Made by a program: the position numbers and the translations under genes
Source: an uncultured Patescibacteria group bacterium
GTDB taxonomy: Bacteria; Patescibacteriota; Microgenomatia; UBA1400; PJMF01
Reading direction: 5' to 3'
NCBI GenBank assembly: GCA_905478415.1
Contig: CAJQIG010000002.1
Span: forward strand, 71,573-118,833
DNA length: 47,261 bases
The notes under the pieces: model-generated
Seen by the model: only the letters and a program-made list of their open reading frames with translations
Told to the model about the DNA's origin: nothing
The model's database searches: none
Shown: positions 41,251-47,261 of the stretch, in pieces
How positions within the stretch are numbered: the first letter of the stretch is position 1
How the letters are laid out: the number at the start of each line of letters is the position of its first letter

Positions 41251-42978
41251 ATGTTCAAAGTATATAAAAAATACTACCAGTTTTTGTTTCGCTATAAGTG
41301 GCAGTTCTCACTGTTCATCATTTTTTTGGTGGGTTTGAGTATAACTGAGAGTATTCAGCCATATTTTTATAAGCTTTTTATTGAGGCTATCCCAAAAGGA
41401 GATCCATCTTTATTGTTGTCTATTTTGTTTATGTACTCGGGGTTGCGTATTTTGCAACTTATTCTTGATGTTTTCACCTACATATTTGGAGATTCGGTCC
41501 TATTGCCGTCTGCTAGAGATGCCCGGATGGCTGTATTTAAGAAGATTCAGGATCTAGATTTTGCGTTTAGTTTGAAGAAAAGTACTGGTTCAATGATTTC
41601 CTCTATCAAGAGAGGGGACATGGCTTTTTTCAATTTATTTCATGCAGTTAATATCAAGTTAGTCAGAATTGTGCTCAATTTTTTCGTCATCATGTGGGTC
41701 TTTGTTCAGATTAAGACAGAGATAGCATTGGTGATGCTGGTGTCGATGGCCCTCAACATGATTTTTGCGTACTTTTTAATCAAGACAAATATTTTGGCTC
41801 GAAAGAAGTTCAATGAGGAGGAAGACAATATCTCGAGTGTGATTGTCGATAACATGATAAATTTTGAGACCGTGAAGCTGTTTGCAAAGGAGCATGAAGA
41901 ATACAAAAAATTGAGTAAGAAATTTGTGCCTTGGATCGAGAAGTTGTGGGGATATGCTAACTCGTTTAGAAAAATCGATGTTGTCATTGGTACTCTTGGA
42001 GAACTGAGTTTATTTTTAGTGTTATTCGTTGGAATTCAACAAGTCAGTGATCTGCAACTGAGTGCCGGTGAGTATGTGATGGTGCTTGGCTTTGTCAGTT
42101 CGTTTTACCCAAGATTCTTCGAGTTGATCTACGAAATGAGAAATATTGCCAAACACAATGTTGATTTGCAAAAGTACTTTGATGTCTTTAACTTTGAAAC
42201 CTTGGTAGCGGATCCTGCTAAACCAGTTGAAAAAGCCAGTGCTAAAGGAGAAATTGTTTTTGATAATGTCAACTTTTCATACCCTCAAGGTCAACAGGAT
42301 GCTCTTAAAAATATCTCACTTCGAATTCGAGAGGGGCAGTCAATTGCTTTTGTGGGACACTCGGGCGCTGGGAAGACTACCATCACGAAGCTGCTGATGC
42401 GTTTTTATGACGTTGACTCGGGAACCATTACGATTGATGGAGTCGATATTACTGATCTTACCAAAACAAACTTACGTTCATTTATGGGTGTTGTACCTCA
42501 AGAGCCAGTTCTTTTTAATGACTCCATTGCCTACAACATAGGATATGGAGCCGGGACGACGGACCTCAAGGAAGTTGTGGCAGCGTCTAAGATGGCAAAT
42601 TTACACGATTTCATCAGTGATCTACCAAAAGGATACCAGACTGCTGTAGGAGAACGAGGAGTTCGCCTTTCTGGTGGTCAGAAGCAACGACTTGCGATCG
42701 CTCGAATGATTCTTTCTACTCCAGACATCATTATTTTTGATGAGGCTACTAGCCAACTGGATAGTGAATCTGAAAAGTTGATTCAGGATGCGTTTTGGAA
42801 GGCTTCAAAAAATAAAACCACCTTGATTATTGCGCATAGATTATCTTCGATTACCCGAGCAGATGTGATTGTGGTTATGGCTGACGGTGGAATTGCTGAG
42901 ATGGGAACACACAAGCAACTTCTGAGAAAAGAGGGGCTTTATAGTAAGTTTTGGAAGTTGCAGACTGAGGTTTCGTAA
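41251..42978 (+). CDS. ABC exporter, fused permease and ATPase (MsbA/type I exporter-like)
   Basis: Six TM helices in the N-terminal half. Walker A GHSGAGKTT, signature LSGGQKQR, Walker B IIIFDEATS. Confidence 0.9.
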   Translation: MFKVYKKYYQFLFRYKWQFSLFIIFLVGLSITESIQPYFYKLFIEAIPKGDPSLLLSILFMYSGLRILQLILDVFTYIFGDSVLLPSARDARMAVFKKIQDLDFAFSLKKSTGSMISSIKRGDMAFFNLFHAVNIKLVRIVLNFFVIMWVFVQIKTEIALVMLVSMALNMIFAYFLIKTNILARKKFNEEEDNISSVIVDNMINFETVKLFAKEHEEYKKLSKKFVPWIEKLWGYANSFRKIDVVIGTLGELSLFLVLFVGIQQVSDLQLSAGEYVMVLGFVSSFYPRFFELIYEMRNIAKHNVDLQKYFDVFNFETLVADPAKPVEKASAKGEIVFDNVNFSYPQGQQDALKNISLRIREGQSIAFVGHSGAGKTTITKLLMRFYDVDSGTITIDGVDITDLTKTNLRSFMGVVPQEPVLFNDSIAYNIGYGAGTTDLKEVVAASKMANLHDFISDLPKGYQTAVGERGVRLSGGQKQRLAIARMILSTPDIIIFDEATSQLDSESEKLIQDAFWKASKNKTTLIIAHRLSSITRADVIVVMADGGIAEMGTHKQLLRKEGLYSKFWKLQTEVS

Positions 42979-42997
42979 GCTGGGTAGAGGTGTTTTT

Positions 42998-43025
42998 TTG
43001 ACAAAACACCAAATATGCGTATAAT
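42998..43025 (+). promoter_or_regulatory. consensus promoter TTGACA-16-TATAAT upstream of rho
   Basis: -35 box at 42998-43003 and -10 box at 43020-43025. It leaves a leader of ~135 nt before ATG 43163, which has an AAAGGAA SD. Confidence 0.6.
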
Positions 43026-43162
43026 AGATGCCAATACCCCCTTATAGTAGGTAATTTTCAAGAGATACTCTATATCATTTTCACTTCTCATATTTGTTTG
43101 TGACACATGCCTCTGAGCACTCTTTAGTCAAAAAATAGTAATAAAGTATTTCTAAAAGGAAT

Positions 43163-44569
43163 ATGCCAATAAAAAAAACCGACACTACCAAGACCGTAAC
43201 AGCTCAAAAAGTTAGTGATGCAGTTGAAGCTCCAGCAAAGGAAGCACCAGCAGCCACAAAACCCAAACGAGCCACAACTGCTGAAGTTGTGACAGAGATT
43301 AAACGCAAGCAAGCGCTTAAGGATATTCCTGTTGCTCCTTTGCAAAGAGGTAAAAATTCAGGAAATGGTCACTCGAAGCAAGGTGATCGATCAAACGGTT
43401 CACAGAACCAAAATCAAAATCAAAACGCTAATCAACGAGATGCAAAGGTGATTACTGGTTTACTCGATCTTTCTCGAGATGGACACGGTATTGTTCGCGT
43501 CAGTATGTCTGGAGATGAAGATGGCGATGCTTACATTGCAACTTCACAAGTTCGTCGCTTTAAGATGCGTCCTGGTGACCAAGTTACTGGCCCAGTTCGT
43601 GAACCCAAAGATAATGAACGATATTGGGGAATGCTTCGTGTTGACGAAATTAATGGTAAGCCAGCAGCCGAAGCTCGTAATGAGCAAAGAGCTAACTTCA
43701 AGAAATTAACGCCAGTGTATCCAGATGAACAAATTATGTTAGAGACAGGGGAAGAGCCTCTCGATCTAAGAATTATTGACTTAATTGCTCCAATTGGAAA
43801 AGGACAGCGAAGTTTAATTGTGTCTCCACCTAAGGCTGGTAAGACAACTTTGCTTAAAAACATTGCTACCGGTGTCGCTAAAAATCACCCAGAAATTCAT
43901 GTGATGGCAGTGCTCGTTGGAGAACGTCCAGAAGAAGTTACCGACATTAAGCGCCACATAGACCGACTTACGAATGGTAGGGGAGAAGTAGCGGCCAGTA
44001 ACTTTGATGAATCTGCGACTGATCAGTGTCGTGTTGCTGAGTTAGCTTTAGAAAAAGCAAAGCGAATGGTAGAAAAGGGACAAGATGTTCTGATTTTACT
44101 TGATTCAATTACTCGACTTGCTCGAGCGTATAACTTATCTATCCCAACTTCTGGTAGAACACTTTCTGGTGGATTTGATCCAGCCGCGTTGTTTCCTCCA
44201 AAGAAGTTCTTTGGAGCAGCTCGAAACTTTGAGGTTCCTGGTAGTTTAACTATTATTGGAACTGCATTAGTCGAAACGGGTTCTCGTATGGATGATTTAG
44301 TGTACGAAGAGTTTAAAGGAACAGGTAACCAAGAAGTACACCTGAGTCGTCGAATGGCCGAGCGTCGTATTTGGCCAGCTCTTGATGTTCAAAAATCTGG
44401 AACACGTCGAGATGATCTTTTGATTGAAGGTATGCAGTACCAATCGATTATGACATTGCATCGCATGCTCGATATGTTAGATGGTAATGAACGAACACAA
44501 ACTCTGATTCAACAGCTTAAAAAGACGAAGACAAACAAAGAGTTTCTTTCTTCACTAAAGACAAGCTAG
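43163..44569 (+). CDS. rho: transcription termination factor Rho with a low-complexity N-terminal extension
   Basis: Walker A SPPKAGKTTLL, LLDSITRLARAYN, and a CSD-like start (GLLDLSRDGHGIVR). The ~95-aa basic, QN-rich N-terminus is atypical. Confidence 0.93.
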   Translation: MPIKKTDTTKTVTAQKVSDAVEAPAKEAPAATKPKRATTAEVVTEIKRKQALKDIPVAPLQRGKNSGNGHSKQGDRSNGSQNQNQNQNANQRDAKVITGLLDLSRDGHGIVRVSMSGDEDGDAYIATSQVRRFKMRPGDQVTGPVREPKDNERYWGMLRVDEINGKPAAEARNEQRANFKKLTPVYPDEQIMLETGEEPLDLRIIDLIAPIGKGQRSLIVSPPKAGKTTLLKNIATGVAKNHPEIHVMAVLVGERPEEVTDIKRHIDRLTNGRGEVAASNFDESATDQCRVAELALEKAKRMVEKGQDVLILLDSITRLARAYNLSIPTSGRTLSGGFDPAALFPPKKFFGAARNFEVPGSLTIIGTALVETGSRMDDLVYEEFKGTGNQEVHLSRRMAERRIWPALDVQKSGTRRDDLLIEGMQYQSIMTLHRMLDMLDGNERTQTLIQQLKKTKTNKEFLSSLKTS

Positions 44570-44598
44570 GATCTCAGGAAGGTTCGCCGTCGGGACTT

Positions 44599-44607
44599 TG
44601 CTATAAT
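44599..44607 (+). promoter_or_regulatory. extended -10 box TGcTATAAT, 17 nt upstream of ATG 44625
   Basis: TATAAT at 44602-44607. Confidence 0.45.
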
Positions 44608-44624
44608 GTAAGGTACCAAAGATC

Positions 44625-45734
44625 ATGCCAAGAATACAATTTTCGAAACCTCGAGTTTTTTCTGAGTTGAATGAATTTCTCCATTTTATTGCTTGGTATG
44701 TTCGTACTAGGGGATACAAGTGGTTCACTAAGTTTGAAATTCTCAAAGATCTGTTAGTGGACTTGCTGTACCAAAAGCGAGGAAAGTATACTCGACCTTT
44801 TATGCATTTTGGCACGATTGGGCTGGTTTTTTTGGTGATTACTATTGGTCCAGTACTGTTGTCAAAGACAGAGAGCCAGGCTAAGGGAGAAAGTTCACAG
44901 ACGGTCATGTCAGCCTCTATTTTTGGATCAGACTTTTCGACTTCTCAAGCAGAAGATGTCGCCCGGTTCAGAGGTGGTGAAACGATTACCCACTTTGTGG
45001 CTGAAGGAGAAACACTTAGTAGTATTGCCAGTCGATATAACTTAGATACTTCTACTATCCTCTGGGAAAATGATTTGACAGAAAAGTCAGTACTCAAACC
45101 GGGACAGGAACTGAGTATCTTGCCCGTTGATGGTGTGCGTCACAAAGTTGCCAGAGGTGAGACTATTTTTAGTATTGCTAAGAAGTATGGTCTTGATAGT
45201 GCTCAAGCTCAGGTGATTGTTGACTATCCATTCAATGAATTTCTTAATGATGAAACATTTGGTTTAGCAACGGGTCAGCCATTGATGATTCCAGGTGGTG
45301 TGCCACCAGAAAAACCAGCACCTGTTAAGAAGGTGGCGGTCACAGGACCGGTTGATGTGGTAGTTGGTGCTGGTTCTGGGCAATTTATTTGGCCAGCTGC
45401 TGGTAGAATCACACAGGGGTATAGTTTTTACCATAAGGCAATTGATATTGCTAATCGAGCCGGTGGCTCAATTTTAGCTGCAGATGCTGGAACTGTTGTC
45501 GGAGCTGGTTGGCTGGATAACTCGGGATATGGAAATCGAGTTATTGTTGACCATGGAAATGGATTTGTGACCTTGTACGCTCACATGAGTGTGGTGCAGG
45601 TCAGTCCAGGGCAACAGGTGGGCCGGGGAGCAGTTTTAGGACAAATGGGAAGTACAGGAAGATCGACAGGAGTTCATTTACACTTTGAAATTCGCAAGGG
45701 TGGTTTGCTCAACCCACTTTCCTTCCTTCAATAA
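44625..45734 (+). CDS. LysM-repeat M23-family peptidoglycan endopeptidase
   Basis: A TM helix, two LysM repeats (GETLSSIASRYNL and GETIFSIAKKYGL), and an M23 core (YHKAIDIA..GYGNRVIVDHGNGFVTLYAHMS..GVHLHFEI). Confidence 0.9.
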   Translation: MPRIQFSKPRVFSELNEFLHFIAWYVRTRGYKWFTKFEILKDLLVDLLYQKRGKYTRPFMHFGTIGLVFLVITIGPVLLSKTESQAKGESSQTVMSASIFGSDFSTSQAEDVARFRGGETITHFVAEGETLSSIASRYNLDTSTILWENDLTEKSVLKPGQELSILPVDGVRHKVARGETIFSIAKKYGLDSAQAQVIVDYPFNEFLNDETFGLATGQPLMIPGGVPPEKPAPVKKVAVTGPVDVVVGAGSGQFIWPAAGRITQGYSFYHKAIDIANRAGGSILAADAGTVVGAGWLDNSGYGNRVIVDHGNGFVTLYAHMSVVQVSPGQQVGRGAVLGQMGSTGRSTGVHLHFEIRKGGLLNPLSFLQ

Positions 45735-45775
45735 ATAAGCATAGAAGAAACATAAAGTATAGAAAAAATAATATA

Positions 45776-47035
45776 ATGATAGATTTAGTAAAATTACTCT
45801 TGATTGCAGGGGATGGTGGTAATGGCCGTGTCTCTTTTCGTCGAGAAAAATACGCTCCTAAGGGAGGCCCTAATGGTGGGGATGGTGGTAACGGTGGATC
45901 AGTTATTCTAGTTGGAAATAAAGATATTTCGACTTTAAAAGAATATGTGGGTCAAGTTTCGTATGGGGCTGAGCCAGGTCAACTTGGAGGCGCTAAAAAT
46001 AAATACGGTAAAAAAGGTGCTGACACCATACTTGAAGTTCCCATTGGAACAAAGATTTACATCATTGCTGAGAACTTAGTCGCTCGTAAGAGAAGAACGA
46101 AGTATGGGGCAGATAAGCTTGTTAAGTGGGCTGAAGTTACTCACGAAAAATACCACCTTGAAAAAGAGGGGCAGCGACCAGATTCAGTGGAGTTGCAACC
46201 TGTGTGTTCAACTCAGGCTGCTATCGATTTTGAAGATGTTATTTTAGAAGATGGATTTGATACATACATGAATGTTTCTTCGAGTAAATTGCTCAATGAT
46301 GACTCAGTTGAAAAACTAGAACTTACCACTATTCTTGAAGATGGTCAAAAAGTGTACCTGACGCAAGGTGGATTTGGTGGTCGAGGAAATGATCGTTTTA
46401 AAGGACCTGCCGAAACAACCCCACTCTTAGCTGAGTATGGAACAGAGGGAGAGAAGCGGATGGTCCTACTCGAACTCAAGTTGTTGGCTGATGTTGGTCT
46501 AGTTGGATTTCCAAACGCCGGCAAGAGTACCTTACTTTCGATTATGACAAAGGCTCGGCCAAAAATTGCTAACTATCCTTTTACAACGATTGAGCCACAC
46601 TTAGGTGTGCTTTCGAGCACCGATGGTTCTCGAGAAATTGTTGTTGCAGATATTCCAGGGCTTATTGAAGGGGCTAGTGAAGGTAAGGGATTAGGTTTTG
46701 ACTTTCTTCGCCATGTAGAAAATACCAAAACCCTCTTATATGTACTATCTCTTGATGAAATTGTTATTTTTGACAAAAATCTTTCTGATTCGGATCGAGC
46801 AGAGTTGCTGTGGAAGCAGTATCAAAGTTTGCAGAACGAACTGCGTGAACATAATGAGGTGTTACTTAAAAAGAATAGTTTAGTCAGTATCAATAAAATT
46901 GATCTTTACTCTAAAGAGCTTCAAAAAGAAATTACCAGCCTTTTCAAGAAAAAAGGTGTGGATATTCACTTGTTTAGTGGCGTGACGGGGATTGGACTTC
47001 CAGATTTGACAGAGGCCTTATTTCATAACCAGTAA
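45776..47035 (+). CDS. obg: GTPase Obg/CgtA
   Basis: The Obg-fold Gly-rich N-terminus (AGDGGNGRVSFRREKYAPKGGPNGGDGGNGG), G1 (GFPNAGKST) and G3 (DIPGLIEGA). Confidence 0.92.
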   Translation: MIDLVKLLLIAGDGGNGRVSFRREKYAPKGGPNGGDGGNGGSVILVGNKDISTLKEYVGQVSYGAEPGQLGGAKNKYGKKGADTILEVPIGTKIYIIAENLVARKRRTKYGADKLVKWAEVTHEKYHLEKEGQRPDSVELQPVCSTQAAIDFEDVILEDGFDTYMNVSSSKLLNDDSVEKLELTTILEDGQKVYLTQGGFGGRGNDRFKGPAETTPLLAEYGTEGEKRMVLLELKLLADVGLVGFPNAGKSTLLSIMTKARPKIANYPFTTIEPHLGVLSSTDGSREIVVADIPGLIEGASEGKGLGFDFLRHVENTKTLLYVLSLDEIVIFDKNLSDSDRAELLWKQYQSLQNELREHNEVLLKKNSLVSINKIDLYSKELQKEITSLFKKKGVDIHLFSGVTGIGLPDLTEALFHNQ

Positions 47036-47057
47036 CCCTTTTTATTTGTAGTACTAA

Positions 47058-47084
47058 AAAGCCCCGCTCTATGAGCGGGGCTTT
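47058..47084. terminator. bidirectional intrinsic terminator
   Basis: AAA-GCCCCGCTC-TAT-GAGCGGGGC-TTT, lying between obg and a convergent partial ORF. Confidence 0.8.
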
Positions 47085-47107
47085 CTGTGCTACTACGTAT
47101 TTTATCT

Positions 47108-47260
47108 TTATGGAGTAGGAGATGCTTCTTCGACAACTGTTGGTTCAGTTGCTGCTTCAGCTGGTGGAGCAGTGAGATCAACATCCTCGGTTGTATCAGA
47201 TTGAATATCTGTACCGCCATTGATGGCTTGATCTGTAATTGAAGGAGTATTGACTTGATT
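47108..47260 (-). CDS. 3' end of a - strand gene running off the window (acidic tail ...TEDVDLTAPPAEAATEPTVVEEASPTP)
   Basis: My own translation shows a frame open from the window edge to a TAA at 47108-47110, 24 nt before the terminator. Only 50 codons are visible. Confidence 0.4.
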   Translation of the reverse strand, partial: NQVNTPSITDQAINGGTDIQSDTTEDVDLTAPPAEAATEPTVVEEASPTP

Positions 47261-47261
47261 G

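Noticed and set aside
47023-47220. A 65-aa ORF on the - strand (MAVQIFNLIQ...).
   Set aside because: It reads straight through the strong bidirectional terminator hairpin at 47058-47084. A different - strand frame gives a more plausible gene 3' end that stops before the terminator.
1-47261. CRISPR arrays, tRNA or rRNA genes, and an alternative genetic code.
   Set aside because: No spaced direct-repeat arrays or tRNA-like T-arm and acceptor patterns were seen in the intergenic regions. Long motif-bearing ORFs are intact under the standard code, so there is no evidence of stop-codon reassignment. This was a scan by eye only, and tRNAscan-SE or Infernal should confirm it.

Overview
This is a gene-dense 47.3-kb chromosomal window that reads cleanly in the standard genetic code and spans a replication origin. 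The origin block is dnaA, a DnaA-box cluster (candidate oriC), dnaN, rpmH, rnpA, yidD, yidC and jag, all on the + strand. The gene content suggests a small-genome monoderm bacterium of the Patescibacteria/CPR type. That content includes minimal T4SS-like genes, a DUF4012 giant protein, VanW, sortase, a short ValRS and Pro- or Gln/Asn-rich linkers in core proteins. The taxonomic call is inference only. Directly upstream of dnaA lies a six-gene T4SS-like module (1-11004). It holds a VirB4 ATPase, a PrgI/VirB3-like protein and four proteins I cannot place, one of them a 1241-aa glycine-zipper/HExxH protein. A TraG/VirD4-like coupling ATPase sits alone 25 kb away on the opposite strand, converging on radA. 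Other accessory-looking content is an IS200/IS605 tnpA element, a promoter-to-terminator three-gene envelope operon at 29.2-33.1 kb with a PspA-like coiled-coil protein, a sortase, and a 0.7-kb intergenic region with a candidate ncRNA and a structured leader. Housekeeping genes are valS, rplY, radA, rho, obg, an ABC exporter, a LysM-M23 peptidase, a VanW protein, RNase HI and an orphan solute-binding protein. One sequence-level pattern recurs: at least eight genes have a (TGn)TATACT-type -10 box only 6-9 nt upstream of the start codon and no Shine-Dalgarno sequence, which implies leaderless mRNAs. I found no rRNA, tRNA or CRISPR array by eye. All family assignments come from motif recognition in the translated ORFs, not from database searches.
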